A stretch of DNA of 64,000 nt. It comes from Gemmatimonadales bacterium. Lineage in GTDB: Bacteria > Gemmatimonadota > Gemmatimonadetes > Gemmatimonadales > GWC2-71-9. The stretch spans positions 3,744,001 through 3,808,000 of the forward strand of contig OZ252244.1 in NCBI GenBank assembly GCA_965249575.1, written 5' to 3'. This document shows positions 29,546 to 40,349 of this stretch, piece after piece (the stretch's first letter is position 1; each line of letters opens with the position of its first letter). The translations under genes were made by a program, and so were the position numbers. The notes under the pieces are model-generated. The model had not been told where the DNA came from. It saw nothing but the letters and a program-made list of their open reading frames with translations, and searched no databases.

Positions 29546-30064
29546 ATGTCTCACGACACCGCTGAGCTCCTGGAGGCCATCCAGCAGCGGGTCGCGAACG
29601 CGGGGTTTGAGTTGGTGGACCTCCGCGTGGGCGGCTCGACGCAGCGGCCGTTGCTGCAGGTTCGCATCGATCGCCCCAACTCGATTGCGGGCCACGGCGT
29701 CACCGTCGACGATTGTGCGGTGGCCAGCCGGGCGCTCGAGGCATGGCTCGATCAGGGCGACGTGGTCCGGTCGAGGTACATCCTCGAGGTCTCCTCGCCT
29801 GGAATCGAGCGGCCGATCCGCTTGAAGCACCATTGGAAGCGTTTCATCGACCATGATGCGAAGGTGCGGATTCCCCGCCGAGGCCGCCTGCGCGCGACCA
29901 TCCTCCGGGTCACGGATCACCCGGATCTGGTGGTCTTGGGACTCGCGGACGGAGGGGAATTGACGGTACCGCTGACCGCGGCTCTCGACGCCACGCTGGC
30001 AGTAGACGAGGTGCCACTGCCGAAGGGACCGTCACGCAAGCGAAAGGCACCGAGTACGCAATAG
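29546..30064 (+). CDS. rimP: Ribosome maturation factor RimP
   Basis: GFELVD, GVTVDDC and YILEVSSPGIERP. Confidence 0.95.
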   Translation: MSHDTAELLEAIQQRVANAGFELVDLRVGGSTQRPLLQVRIDRPNSIAGHGVTVDDCAVASRALEAWLDQGDVVRSRYILEVSSPGIERPIRLKHHWKRFIDHDAKVRIPRRGRLRATILRVTDHPDLVVLGLADGGELTVPLTAALDATLAVDEVPLPKGPSRKRKAPSTQ

Positions 30065-30085
30065 CGACAAAGGAGCTGGACCGGT

Positions 30086-31492
30086 ATGGCCACGTCCCGT
30101 GACATTCTTTCCGCCATTCGTGACCTGGCGAGCGCGAAGCAGCTCGAACGTGCCGAGCTGATCGACTTGTTGCGCGACGGCATCCAGGCCGCACTCATCC
30201 GACGTTGTGGGCCGAACGTTCGGTCGGAAATCGAAATCGACGAGTTGAAGGGCGATATACGGGTGTCGGTGCTGCGAACCGTGGTGGACGAGGTGGAAGA
30301 TCCCAACACGCAGGTTTCCGTGGAAGAGGCGCGCTGGGAAGATCCCGAGTTCCAGGCCGGTGATGTTCTTGAGGAAGAGGTTCCGTTTGCAGAATTCGGG
30401 AGAGGGGCTGTCCAGGCGGCCAAGCAGCGTATCATCCAACGTGTCCGTGAGGGTGAGCGATCCCGAATCCGCGAGGAGTTCGCCGACCGGGTTGGGGAGC
30501 TGCTATCCGGTGAGATTCAGCAGATCGAACGCGGCAAGCTCGTGCTGATGATCAATCGGTTCCGAGAGGCCGAGGCAATCATCCCGTACCGGGAGCAGAA
30601 CCACCGGGAGCACTTCCATCAGGGAGACAGCATTCGAGCGGTGCTCAAGCGCCTGGAAGAAACGCCTAAAGGCCCCCGGTTGGTGCTATCCAGGGCCGAC
30701 CCGCTCTTCGTGCAGGCGCTGTTCAAGCTCGAGGTGCCCGAAATCCAGCAGGCGATCGTCGAGGTCCGAGCCGCGGCGCGTGAGGTTGGGAGCCGGACCA
30801 AGATCGCGGTTACGAGCCGGGACGACTCGATCGATCCGGTGGGTGCGTGCGTTGGGTTGAAGGGGAGTCGAGTCCAGGCAGTCGTCAACGAGCTCGGCGG
30901 CGAGCGAATCGATATCGTGCCCTGGTCGGCCGATCCAGAGCGGTTCGCTCGGCTCGCGCTGGCGCCAGCCCGAGTCGCGCGTGTGTTTTCCGATCCGGAT
31001 TCTCGAACCGTCCAGGCGATCGTCGACGAGGATCAGTTGTCGCTCGCCATTGGGAGAAACGGCCAGAACGTCCGTCTGGCGTCCGAGCTGACGGGGTGGA
31101 AGATCGATTTGTACTCGAGCCGCGAGTGGTTGGAGCGGGGTGGGGAAGGCCCGCTTTTCGCACCACTACTGCCGGCCGAAGATCTCGTCGCGGATGTCCG
31201 CCTCAACGAGCTGAAGGGGATGCCCCGGGATGTCGTAGAGGCGCTTGAGGCCTCTGGGCGACAGACGCTGCGCCACATTCTCGATCTCGAGCGCGAAGAT
31301 GTGTTGAAGATCGAAGGAATGACGACGGAGCATGCGGATGTGCTGATGGCGTTCTTGGCGGAATTGACGGAAGAAAATGCCGAGGCGTCCACCGACTCTG
31401 GGGAGAGCGGTGGCAAGACGGACGGCGAGAGCGACGCGAAGATCGACGACTCCGAGCCAACACCGAGCGCGCCGACGACACCGGCCGCGTGA
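30086..31492 (+). CDS. nusA: Transcription termination factor NusA
   Basis: FGRGAVQAAKQ, EVPEI, DPVGACVG and SLAIGRNGQNVRLA. Confidence 0.98.
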   Translation: MATSRDILSAIRDLASAKQLERAELIDLLRDGIQAALIRRCGPNVRSEIEIDELKGDIRVSVLRTVVDEVEDPNTQVSVEEARWEDPEFQAGDVLEEEVPFAEFGRGAVQAAKQRIIQRVREGERSRIREEFADRVGELLSGEIQQIERGKLVLMINRFREAEAIIPYREQNHREHFHQGDSIRAVLKRLEETPKGPRLVLSRADPLFVQALFKLEVPEIQQAIVEVRAAAREVGSRTKIAVTSRDDSIDPVGACVGLKGSRVQAVVNELGGERIDIVPWSADPERFARLALAPARVARVFSDPDSRTVQAIVDEDQLSLAIGRNGQNVRLASELTGWKIDLYSSREWLERGGEGPLFAPLLPAEDLVADVRLNELKGMPRDVVEALEASGRQTLRHILDLEREDVLKIEGMTTEHADVLMAFLAELTEENAEASTDSGESGGKTDGESDAKIDDSEPTPSAPTTPAA

Positions 31493-31800
31493 AGCGAGGG
31501 GGCGTCCTCGGCCTGCTTGGGCTCGGTGCCCGGGCCGGATCGCTGGTGTCGGGCACTGTTGGGGTGCGAGCCGCGCTCAAGCGCGACGACTTGGCTCTTG
31601 TGATCATCGCATGCGACCGGAGCGAGCGAACCAACGAAAAGGTATGCCGCCTAGCTCGAGCGAAGGGATTGCCGGTGATGGAGGGCCCGCCAGCTCGAGA
31701 GCTGGGACAGTCAGTGGGGCGGGATGTGGTACAAGTCATTGGAGTACGCGATGGGAAGCTGGCAGCCGGCTTGCGCGCGTACGGTCAGCAGCAGGAATGA
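31489..31800 (+). CDS. L7Ae/YlxQ family RNA-binding protein
   Basis: LGLLGLGARAGSLVSG and ELGQSVGR; canonical position between nusA and infB. Confidence 0.88.
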   Translation: MKRGGVLGLLGLGARAGSLVSGTVGVRAALKRDDLALVIIACDRSERTNEKVCRLARAKGLPVMEGPPARELGQSVGRDVVQVIGVRDGKLAAGLRAYGQQQE

Positions 31801-31810
31801 GGAGGCGGTA

Positions 31811-34501
31811 GTGACGAAAACGCGGATCCACGATCTCGCGGCGGAATTCGGCATTCCGAGCGAGGAGCTACTCAAGCTGCTCGCGGAGCTTGGCATACAC
31901 GTCCGAAGCCACCTCTCCGCCCTGGATCCTGGCCAGGTGGCGCTGGTGCGCGCCCGCCGCGAACGACAGAAGCGCCGCAAGGACGAACCGACGACCAAGG
32001 GCCGCCGTCGGACGAAGAAGGCGACCAGCAAGCGGGCGGCGGCCAAGCCGCCTGCCGAGGTTCCTGCGGAGCCGCGACCGAAGCGCCGGCGCCGGACGGC
32101 TGCGGAGGTAGCCGCGCGCGAAGCCGCTGAGGAGGCCGAAGCCGAGCGCACGCGTGAAGCGGCGGCCGCGCTGGAAGACACACAACTGAAGCCGTCACCG
32201 GCCGAACCCAAGCCTAGTCTCGAGGAGCGTGCCGCCGCGCTGTTCGGGGAAAGGCCTTCCGGTACCGCAGGACCTGGGGCGACGGCTCAATCGGAGGTTC
32301 CCGAGTCGACAGCCCAGATGGCGGCGCCGACGGAGCCGGCTGCGGCCGCCGCAGGGGCAGCCGAGGGGGCTCCCAAAGCGCCGTCGGCCGCGCCGGCGCG
32401 TGTCTCCCGACAGGTTCCGTCACCCGCTCGTCTCAAACCCGTTGCCTCCGCCACACCCGGGAAACCAACGCCGCCCCGTCCGGTGGCCTCGGCGGCGCCA
32501 GGCGAGACGGCCGAGGAACGGCGCCGAGACAAGAAAAAGCGCAAGAAGGGCCGTCGGTCACAAGTGGATCAGGAGGCGGTGCAGGCGAACATCAGCCGGA
32601 CGCTCGCCTCCATCAAGGGCCCAACTGGGAGAAAAGGGCCGAAGCGGCGGGAAGACGAGCCGAGTTTTCGGGAGTTGGAGGAACAACGCCGCGCTGAGGA
32701 GCGAGAGCGCGAAAAGACGCTCGTGCGGGTCAACGAGTTCATCACGGTGTCGGAGCTTTCCGACATTCTCAAGGTACCGCCCACTCAGGTCGTGACGTTC
32801 TGCTTCAAAGAGCTGGGCATGATGGTAACCGTCAATCAGCGTCTCGATTTCGACCAAATCGAGTTGATCGCTGGTGAATTCGGGTTCAAGGCTGTTCAGG
32901 AAGAGGAATACGCCGGGGCAACGGAAGAGGAAGGCCCAACCGACGAGCCCGAGGAGCTGGAAACACGGCCGCCCGTTGTAACGGTGATGGGCCACGTCGA
33001 TCACGGCAAGACGTCGTTACTCGATTACATCCGACAGACCAACGTCATTGCGGGCGAATCGGGTGCGATCACGCAGCATATCGGCGCGTACAGCGTCAAG
33101 CGGCCGGACGGGAAGCACATCACCTTCCTCGACACCCCTGGACACGAAGCGTTCACCGCCATGCGGGCTCGGGGCGCGCAGGTAACCGATATTGTCGTGC
33201 TCGTCGTCGCGGCCGACGATCAGGTCATGCCACAGACGGTCGAGGCGATCAGCCACGCCAAGAACGCTGGTGTTCCGATCGTAGTGGCGATCAACAAGAT
33301 CGACCTCCCGGCGGCCAACATCCCCAAGGTCAAGCAGGACCTCCTCACTCACGAGGTCGTGCTCGAGGACTTCGGCGGCCAGGTCCAGGCGGCGCCCATT
33401 TCGGCGAAGACCGGTGAGGGCGTGGAGGAATTGCTTGACCAAATCATGGCTCAAGCCGAACTGCTCGACAAGAAGGCGAACCCTTCCCGCCCGGCGCGGG
33501 GCACGGTGGTCGAGAGCAGTCTGGACCCCGGGAAAGGCCCGGTTGCGACCGTTCTAGTCGAGACGGGCACGCTCCAGGTAGGCGACGACTTCATCTGTGG
33601 TAACCTCGCCGGAAGGGTCCGCGCGCTCCTCGGCGAGCGCGGGAGCCGCATCAAGAACGCCGGTCCATCCGTTCCAGCCCAGGTACTGGGATTTGACGGC
33701 ATTCCACAGGCTGGTGACGTGTTCACCGTGGTAGCCAACGCCGCCGATGCACGGGAGATTGCGCAGAAACGCCAACGGCTCGATCGCGAAGCCGCACACA
33801 GGCGAACGTCTCGCGGTGTGTCCCTGGAGGATCTCTCCAAGCAAATCGAAGAGGGCCGGACGCAAACGTTGAAGATCATCATCAAGGCGGATCAGGGTGG
33901 CCCGGCCGAAGCCCTGGCGGACGCCTTTGCGCAGCTGTCGACGGACGAGGTCAAGGTCGAAGTGATTCACCGCGGCGTCGGCGCCATCACCGAGGGCGAT
34001 GTCGTTTTCGCGAAGGCCTCCAATGCCGTCATCGTTGGGTTTCACGTGCGGCCTGATGCGAACGCGCGGACCGCCGCGGAGCGCGAGAGTGTGGATATCA
34101 GGACCTACCGGATCATCTACGAGGCGGTCGAAGAGATCAGGTCGGCGCTCGAGGGCCTGCTGACACCCGAGGAGCGGGAGGTTGTGCTTGGCGAGGCCGA
34201 AGTGCGGCAGACGTTCAAGATCTCCGGCACCGGCACGATTGCGGGCTGTTTCGTGCGGAACGGCATCATTCGCCGCGGCACCCGGATCAGGGTGGTGCGG
34301 GACGGGGTGGAGATCTATACCGGGAACATCGGGAGTCTGCGCCGCTTCAAGGAGGATGTGCGCGAGGTCAAGGAAGGGTTCGAATGCGGTATCGGCGTGG
34401 AGAACTTCAACGATGTCAAGGTTGGGGACGTGCTCGAGGCGTTCCACGTCGAAGAGGTAGCCCGAACGCTCGAGCCGGCAGGGGGAGCCCGGAGTACGTA
34501 G
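31811..34501 (+). CDS. infB: Translation initiation factor IF-2
   Basis: GGAGG RBS before GTG 31811; [28 protein letters not shown] and GFECG. Confidence 0.98.
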   Translation: MTKTRIHDLAAEFGIPSEELLKLLAELGIHVRSHLSALDPGQVALVRARRERQKRRKDEPTTKGRRRTKKATSKRAAAKPPAEVPAEPRPKRRRRTAAEVAAREAAEEAEAERTREAAAALEDTQLKPSPAEPKPSLEERAAALFGERPSGTAGPGATAQSEVPESTAQMAAPTEPAAAAAGAAEGAPKAPSAAPARVSRQVPSPARLKPVASATPGKPTPPRPVASAAPGETAEERRRDKKKRKKGRRSQVDQEAVQANISRTLASIKGPTGRKGPKRREDEPSFRELEEQRRAEEREREKTLVRVNEFITVSELSDILKVPPTQVVTFCFKELGMMVTVNQRLDFDQIELIAGEFGFKAVQEEEYAGATEEEGPTDEPEELETRPPVVTVMGHVDHGKTSLLDYIRQTNVIAGESGAITQHIGAYSVKRPDGKHITFLDTPGHEAFTAMRARGAQVTDIVVLVVAADDQVMPQTVEAISHAKNAGVPIVVAINKIDLPAANIPKVKQDLLTHEVVLEDFGGQVQAAPISAKTGEGVEELLDQIMAQAELLDKKANPSRPARGTVVESSLDPGKGPVATVLVETGTLQVGDDFICGNLAGRVRALLGERGSRIKNAGPSVPAQVLGFDGIPQAGDVFTVVANAADAREIAQKRQRLDREAAHRRTSRGVSLEDLSKQIEEGRTQTLKIIIKADQGGPAEALADAFAQLSTDEVKVEVIHRGVGAITEGDVVFAKASNAVIVGFHVRPDANARTAAERESVDIRTYRIIYEAVEEIRSALEGLLTPEEREVVLGEAEVRQTFKISGTGTIAGCFVRNGIIRRGTRIRVVRDGVEIYTGNIGSLRRFKEDVREVKEGFECGIGVENFNDVKVGDVLEAFHVEEVARTLEPAGGARST

Positions 34502-34502
34502 C

Positions 34503-34784
34503 GTGATCATCGGCGTGATGGGGTGGGACCTGCACCTGAACGGCTGCGCGTCGCTCAAGGACAAGCGCCGGATAGTGAAGAGCCTCAAGGACCGGCTGCA
34601 TAAGCGCTTTAACGTGTCGGTGGCGGAGACCGGACACCACGAGCTCCATCAGCGTGCAGAGCTGTCGTGCTGCGTCGTGGCGGGAGACCGGCGACATGCT
34701 ACTCAAGTACTCGGTGCTGTCGACCAGTTGGTTGCCAGCGACGGGCTTGCCCGAATCATCGATTCCACGACGAGTTTTGTGTGA
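34503..34784 (+). CDS. DUF503 (YlxP) family protein
   Basis: SLKDKRRIVKSLKDRL...FNVSVAE motif. Confidence 0.9.
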   Translation: MIIGVMGWDLHLNGCASLKDKRRIVKSLKDRLHKRFNVSVAETGHHELHQRAELSCCVVAGDRRHATQVLGAVDQLVASDGLARIIDSTTSFV

Positions 34785-35140
34785 CCCGGCCGTCCAAGCA
34801 TCGGCCGGAGCGCATCGCGAGGCTCATTCAGGAAACCCTTGCGTCAGCGCTCGCCACGGAGGTCAAGGACCCCCGAGTCGGCTTTGTGACGCTTACCGGC
34901 GTCCAGGTGTCCCAGGATGGGCAGCACGCACTGGTTCGCGTGAGCGTCCTGGGGGCATCGGAAGAAAAAGAGCGGGCGATGGCGGGATTAGAGAGTGCTC
35001 GTGGGTTCCTTCGAACTCACCTAGCTCGGACGCTGAGCTTGCGGAGCGCCCCGGAGTTGCGTTTCGAGCTGGACCGGAGCCTCGACCACGCAGCCCGTAT
35101 CGATCAGCTCCTCGCCCGAGTCCGACGGGGCGAGGCGTAA
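34781..35140 (+). CDS. rbfA: Ribosome-binding factor A
   Basis: VKDPRVGFVT, ARGFLR and PELRFELD; GTGA overlap with the DUF503 gene. Confidence 0.93.
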   Translation: MTRPSKHRPERIARLIQETLASALATEVKDPRVGFVTLTGVQVSQDGQHALVRVSVLGASEEKERAMAGLESARGFLRTHLARTLSLRSAPELRFELDRSLDHAARIDQLLARVRRGEA

Positions 35141-35143
35141 ACT

Positions 35144-35998
35144 CTGATCACCGGGGTCCTTCTCCTCGACAAGCCCGCCGGCCCGACCTCGCACGACCTG
35201 GTGGTGGCGGTGCGGCGATCCGTGGGAACGCGACGAGTCGGGCATGCCGGGACCCTGGATCCCTTCGCGACTGGGCTGCTGGTGGTCCTCGTGGGTAGGG
35301 CGACCCGGCTCTCGCAGTACGTCGTGGGACTGCCGAAGCGATATACGGGAACGATCCGGCTCGGAACCTCGACCGCCACCGATGACCCCACCGGCGAGGT
35401 GCTCGAATCGAACGACAGCTGGAACAGCGTCACGGACGCCGCCATACGGGATGCGATGCACTCCCTGATGGGTCGGCAGCGACAGCGGCCGCCCCGGTAC
35501 TCCGCTAAGAAAGTGGGTGGCCAGGCTGCGTACCGCCTCGCGAGGCGCGGCGCGCGTGTCGAATTGGCGGAGCAATGGGTGGAGGTACACGAGCTCACAC
35601 TGATCGACCGCGACGGCAGGGATGTGAGGTTCGACGCTTACGTCGGAAGCGGAGTCTACGTTCGCTCGTTGGCGCGAGATCTGGGCAGCGCGGTTGGCTG
35701 CGGCGCGCATCTGAGTGCGCTGCGTCGTCTCACCGTCGGGAGCTTCTCGGTTGACACCGCCCTGTCACCCGCACATCTGGACCAGACACCGCCGCTGCTA
35801 CCGGCCCTCGAAGCTGTCCGCCACCTGGCGCTTCTCGAGATCGACGAAGCTACGCGGGAACGTGTCCGGTTTGGCGAGGCGATCCGTGTGCCTGGGGATG
35901 ACCCCGGGCCCGTCGCGCTGACGGCTGATCGCGAACTCGTCGCGGTGGCCGAGCGAGATGGCGAGGTGCTGCGTCCGAGGGTGGTACTCGAGGGGTGA
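35144..35998 (+). CDS. truB: tRNA pseudouridine(55) synthase; probable CTG start
   Basis: GVLLLDKPAGPTSHD, VGHAGTLDPFATG, PPRYSAKK and GVYVRSLARDLG. No ATG/GTG/TTG lies upstream of the DKP motif after the rbfA stop. Confidence 0.92.
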   Translation: MITGVLLLDKPAGPTSHDLVVAVRRSVGTRRVGHAGTLDPFATGLLVVLVGRATRLSQYVVGLPKRYTGTIRLGTSTATDDPTGEVLESNDSWNSVTDAAIRDAMHSLMGRQRQRPPRYSAKKVGGQAAYRLARRGARVELAEQWVEVHELTLIDRDGRDVRFDAYVGSGVYVRSLARDLGSAVGCGAHLSALRRLTVGSFSVDTALSPAHLDQTPPLLPALEAVRHLALLEIDEATRERVRFGEAIRVPGDDPGPVALTADRELVAVAERDGEVLRPRVVLEG

Positions 35999-36933
35999 GC
36001 GGACTCGATTGCCTCCCCAGCGACGCACGAGATACGGTCGTCACCGTTGGGACGTTTGACGGCGTCCACCTCGGGCATCGTCGGGTGCTGGAAGAGATCG
36101 CCGTCCGAGCGCGCCGCGCAGGGCGGCGGAGCGTGCTTGTGACCTTCGAACCGCATCCCATGGAGGTCGTCAACCCGGACGCCGCCCCTCAGCTACTGAC
36201 GCTCGGTGACGAGCGCCGCGAGATCTTGGCACAGAGCGAGCTGGATGTCGTCGCCTTTCTGCCGTTCACGCGCGTACTGTCCCGATACCCACCCGATGCG
36301 TTCGTTCGGCTCTTGATCGATCGCTTCGGTCTGAAGGAGCTCGTCATCGGGCACGATCACGGGTTCGGCAGGGGCCGCGCCGGCGGCGTGCAACTGGTCC
36401 GGCAGCTCGGGTCCCAGCTGGGGTTCGAGGTCGACGTCGTCGACGCGGTCGTGGTGCACGGGCGATCGGTCTCATCGACCTTTGCCCGCCGCGCCATCGC
36501 GGGGGGCGACTTGCGAGCCGCGGCAGAAAGTTTGGGTAGGCCATACTCCATGACGAGCGTAGTCATGCGCGGGGCCGGGCGGGGCCACGAGATCGGCTAT
36601 CCCACCGTCAACCTCCAAGCACCGGATCGCCGAAAACTTCTGCCCCCGGACGGTGTCTACGCGGTGCGGGTCCAATGGGCCAGCGGGAGTGCGGGTGGAA
36701 TGATGCATCAGGGACCGCGCCCGACCTTTCGAGAAGAAGCCCGCTCGCTCGAGGTCCATCTGTTCGACACGAACGAGGATCTCTACGGTGCGTCGTTGAA
36801 GCTCGAGTGGATTGGCCGCCTGCGGGACATCACTGCATTTCCGACGCCGAAGGCCTTGAAGGACCAGCTGGACCGCGATGCTCTGTCCGCTCGCAACGCG
36901 TTGACACAATATGATTTCCGAGCTAGTCATTAA
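35995..36933 (+). CDS. ribF: Bifunctional riboflavin kinase/FAD synthetase
   Basis: GTFDGVHLGH, TFEPHP, GYPTVN and LEVHLF. Confidence 0.96.
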   Translation: MSGLDCLPSDARDTVVTVGTFDGVHLGHRRVLEEIAVRARRAGRRSVLVTFEPHPMEVVNPDAAPQLLTLGDERREILAQSELDVVAFLPFTRVLSRYPPDAFVRLLIDRFGLKELVIGHDHGFGRGRAGGVQLVRQLGSQLGFEVDVVDAVVVHGRSVSSTFARRAIAGGDLRAAAESLGRPYSMTSVVMRGAGRGHEIGYPTVNLQAPDRRKLLPPDGVYAVRVQWASGSAGGMMHQGPRPTFREEARSLEVHLFDTNEDLYGASLKLEWIGRLRDITAFPTPKALKDQLDRDALSARNALTQYDFRASH

Positions 36934-36956
36934 CGCTCTTTAGCTCCCGGACCGAC

Positions 36957-38600
36957 ATGTTCTCTACTATTCGTGGCCGACTTATCACGATCGCGGTACT
37001 GGTGGGTCTCGCCACTTACTTTCTGTGGCCGAGGGACGTCTCACGCCGGGTACGCGCGCCGGACGGGACGATGCGCGATACCATCGAAACGACCGTTCCA
37101 CTGAAGAAGGGACTCGACCTGCAGGGAGGGATTCACCTCGCTTTGGAGGTCGACGAGTCGAAGGGGATAGTCACGGATCGGTCTGGCGCATTGGACAGGG
37201 CACTCACAATCATTCGTGCCCGAATCGACGAGTTCGGCGTCGCCGAACCGCTCATCCAGAAGGTCGGGGACGAGCGCATCGTCGTGGAGCTGCCGGGCCT
37301 GAGCGATCCGGCTCGCGCGAAAGCGATCGTCGAACGGTCCGCGTTTCTCGAGTTTCGCATTACCGACATGCAAGGCCGATTTCGGACTGCCCTCCCGACG
37401 ATTGATGACGCCTTGCGAAAGGCTGGGATTCGCTCCAACGCGGAGGGCGGCTCCGGAGTGACCGCCGTCGAGCGGCTCCTCGCGGGAGACTCCGCTGCTG
37501 ACACCGGAGAGGATGGGAGCGATCCGGACAGCCTCGACCTTAACGCGCCGGGCCCGCTTACCTCTCGCCTCTTTAACGGATCGCAACCAGGCGAATTTCT
37601 GGTTCCCGAAGAAGATTTTGCGCAGGTGGACAGTCTGGTTCAGTTGGAAATCGTGGAGCGTGCCCTGCCACGTGGCATCGAGTTGTTATGGTCCGCCGAG
37701 CCATTGTCACAGGGTGCCCGCTCGTTTCGGGCGCTCTATGCGGTCGAAGAGCGGGACATCCTGACAGGCGATTACCTGTCAGACGCGCGAGCACAAATCG
37801 ACCAGGTCTACAATCAGTCGATCGTCACCTTCACGTTGACACGCGGGGGCGGCCGAGTGTTCCGGCGAGCTACCGGGCAGCACATCGGCGACAACATGGC
37901 CATCGTCCTCGACGGGAGGGTACAGGGTCAGCCGCCGGTCATCCGAAGCCAGATCGGGCAGCGCGGACAAATTGAGCTGGGAAACTCGAGCCTGCAGCAG
38001 GCCCAAGACTTGGCACTCGTGCTGCGAGCCGGAGCGCTACCGGCTCCATTGACCATCGTCGAAGAGCGTACCGTGGGACCCAGCCTGGGTCAGGACTCGA
38101 TTGACAAGGGAGTCCGTGCCATCACGATCGGCGGCATCCTCGTGATCGTCATCATCGGCGCGTACTACAGACTGGCGGGTCTCCTGGCCATCGCGGCCCT
38201 GGGATTCTTCATCCTGTTCGCCCTCGGTGGGCTGGCGATGGTAGACGCGACGCTCACCCTCCCGGGACTCGCGGGGTTCGTGCTGTCGATCGGAATGGCA
38301 GTTGACGGGAACGTGCTCATTTTCGAGCGCGTGAGGGAAGAACTGGCGTTGAACAAGACGATCCGCCTGGCTGTGGATGCCGGATTCAAGGAGGCGCTCC
38401 GCGCGATTATCGACTCCAACGCAACGACGCTCATTACGGCGGCCTTCCTGTTCCAGTTCGGTACCGGGCCGGTGAAGGGATTCGCGGTCACGCTGACAAT
38501 CGGCATCATCGCGTCACTACTGACGGCGGTCTTCGTCACGCGCACGCTGTTCTTGCTGTGGCTTGCCCAGAAGCCGGACATGAAGGAGCTACCGATCTGA
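36957..38600 (+). CDS. secD: Protein translocase subunit SecD
   Basis: GLDLQGG, RIDEFGVAEP, LRAGALPAP, GMAVDGNVLIFER and IIDSNATT. Confidence 0.97.
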   Translation: MFSTIRGRLITIAVLVGLATYFLWPRDVSRRVRAPDGTMRDTIETTVPLKKGLDLQGGIHLALEVDESKGIVTDRSGALDRALTIIRARIDEFGVAEPLIQKVGDERIVVELPGLSDPARAKAIVERSAFLEFRITDMQGRFRTALPTIDDALRKAGIRSNAEGGSGVTAVERLLAGDSAADTGEDGSDPDSLDLNAPGPLTSRLFNGSQPGEFLVPEEDFAQVDSLVQLEIVERALPRGIELLWSAEPLSQGARSFRALYAVEERDILTGDYLSDARAQIDQVYNQSIVTFTLTRGGGRVFRRATGQHIGDNMAIVLDGRVQGQPPVIRSQIGQRGQIELGNSSLQQAQDLALVLRAGALPAPLTIVEERTVGPSLGQDSIDKGVRAITIGGILVIVIIGAYYRLAGLLAIAALGFFILFALGGLAMVDATLTLPGLAGFVLSIGMAVDGNVLIFERVREELALNKTIRLAVDAGFKEALRAIIDSNATTLITAAFLFQFGTGPVKGFAVTLTIGIIASLLTAVFVTRTLFLLWLAQKPDMKELPI

Positions 38601-39577
38601 TGTTTCGGCTCTTTGCACACGCCGATTTTGATTTCCTGAGCCTACGGAAACGGGCGTTCTGGATTGCCGGTGCGTTCATCGGCATCGGCCTCGTCTTACT
38701 GGCGGTTCGGGGGCTGAACGAGAGCATCGAGTTCACAGGCGGTACCCTCCTGCAGATCCATGCGACGGACCCCGGGATCTCCACCGGCACACTCCGGTCC
38801 GCCCTCGCAACCGCCGGCATCGAGGGTGCCGAGATTCAGACGTTCGGTGCACCCGACGAGTTCGTCATTCGCGCGCGACTCGATCCCCGTGCGGACGTTT
38901 CGCAGCAGTCCACCCAGGAGACCTCCACGGCCGTAGATGACGCGCTAGAGGACACGTTCGGGACGGACGCGTATCAGATTGTCAGAGTCGAGGCGGTGGG
39001 GCCGAAAGTAGGAGCGGAGCTGAGGCAGCGTGCGCTGCTCGCGATCTTCCTGTCGTTCGGTGCGACACTCATCTACTTGTGGTTTCGTTTTGAATGGCGG
39101 ATCGGCGTCGCGGCGATCGCGGCCACCGCTCACGACATAGCGTCCGCCATTGCCTTCATTACGATGCTCAACCTCGAGGTGTCGCTCGTGGTGGTAGCAG
39201 CCCTCCTGACAATCGTTGGGTACTCGCTGAACGACACGATCATTACGTTTGACCGAGTGCGCGAGAACCTGCACAAGTATAAGCGGCGGCACTTCGCCGC
39301 CATTCTCAACCGTAGCATCAACGAAACACTACCCCGAACCGTTTTGACGTCCGGAACCACAATTTCCGCAACCATTGCCCTCCTCATATTTGGATCGGAA
39401 GTCATCCGTTCATTTGCGTGGGTGATGACGTTCGGGGTCATCACAGGCACCTTCTCTTCCGTCTATATCGCGTCAGCCGTTCTGTTGGCGATCGAGGGCC
39501 GTTGGCCGGGCGAGGACGTACGCGGAGCAAAGGTCATTCCTCAGGCTCCTTCGGCCCGGAGCGACGCGGCGGACTGA
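38600..39577 (+). CDS. secF: Protein translocase subunit SecF
   Basis: IEFTGGT, VGPKVG, HD, GYSLNDTIITFDRVRE and TFSSVYIA; TGATG coupling. Confidence 0.97.
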   Translation: MFRLFAHADFDFLSLRKRAFWIAGAFIGIGLVLLAVRGLNESIEFTGGTLLQIHATDPGISTGTLRSALATAGIEGAEIQTFGAPDEFVIRARLDPRADVSQQSTQETSTAVDDALEDTFGTDAYQIVRVEAVGPKVGAELRQRALLAIFLSFGATLIYLWFRFEWRIGVAAIAATAHDIASAIAFITMLNLEVSLVVVAALLTIVGYSLNDTIITFDRVRENLHKYKRRHFAAILNRSINETLPRTVLTSGTTISATIALLIFGSEVIRSFAWVMTFGVITGTFSSVYIASAVLLAIEGRWPGEDVRGAKVIPQAPSARSDAAD

Positions 39578-39578
39578 A

Positions 39579-40349
39579 GTGCTGGTCGACACGCATTGCC
39601 ATCTCGGTGACCAAGGATTCGATGCCGATAGGCCGGAGGTTCTCCACCGGGCCCGTTCCGCCGGTGTGGAGCATGTAGTGATCGTTGCGGAGTCCGCTTC
39701 AGCCAGCGATACGGCGGCGGTGCTTGCCCGGGAGCTGGGCTTGTCGGCGACAGCGGGGGTCCACCCGCATGAGGCCTCGTCCCTTAGCTTCGACGTCCTG
39801 CAACGAATCGAAGCGCTGCTGGATCGGCCGGAGGTCGTGGGGGTGGGTGAGACGGGTCTCGACTACCACTACGATCACTCGCCACGCCCCGACCAGCGGC
39901 GATCGTTCGCGGCGCACCTGGAGCTGGCGGGGCGGCGCCGATTACCGGCCGTGGTACATGCGCGGGATGCGGACGACGACATGGCAGACATGTTGCGCGA
40001 CGCATCTGCCCCGATCGTACTGCATTCGTTCAGTTCTGGACCGAAGGTTTTCCGGGCGGGTATCGAGGTCAACGCCTATTTCTCCTTCAGCGGGATGGTC
40101 ACGTTCAAGAACTGGAAACTGAGCGAATCGCTGGAGGGGTGCCCACCGGATCGGCTCCTGCTAGAGACCGACGCGCCGTTTCTCGCTCCGGAGCCCCACA
40201 GGGGACGCCGGAACGAACCGGCCTACGTTCGGCGGGTCGCCGAGCGCGTGGCGGAACTCCTCGGTGAATCAATCGATAGCATTGCCCTGCGAACGACCGC
40301 CAATGCGACCCGGTGTTTCGGAACCCGGGTTGGCGGTGTGACGGTTTAA
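39579..40349 (+). CDS. tatD: TatD family deoxyribonuclease
   Basis: DTHCH, GVHPH, VGETGLDY, HAR, LHSFS and ETDAPFLAP. Confidence 0.94.
   Translation: MLVDTHCHLGDQGFDADRPEVLHRARSAGVEHVVIVAESASASDTAAVLARELGLSATAGVHPHEASSLSFDVLQRIEALLDRPEVVGVGETGLDYHYDHSPRPDQRRSFAAHLELAGRRRLPAVVHARDADDDMADMLRDASAPIVLHSFSSGPKVFRAGIEVNAYFSFSGMVTFKNWKLSESLEGCPPDRLLLETDAPFLAPEPHRGRRNEPAYVRRVAERVAELLGESIDSIALRTTANATRCFGTRVGGVTV

Noticed and set aside
36901..36930. TTGACA at the ribF 3' end as an internal secD promoter
   Set aside because: No convincing -10 hexamer at 16-18 nt; left uncalled.
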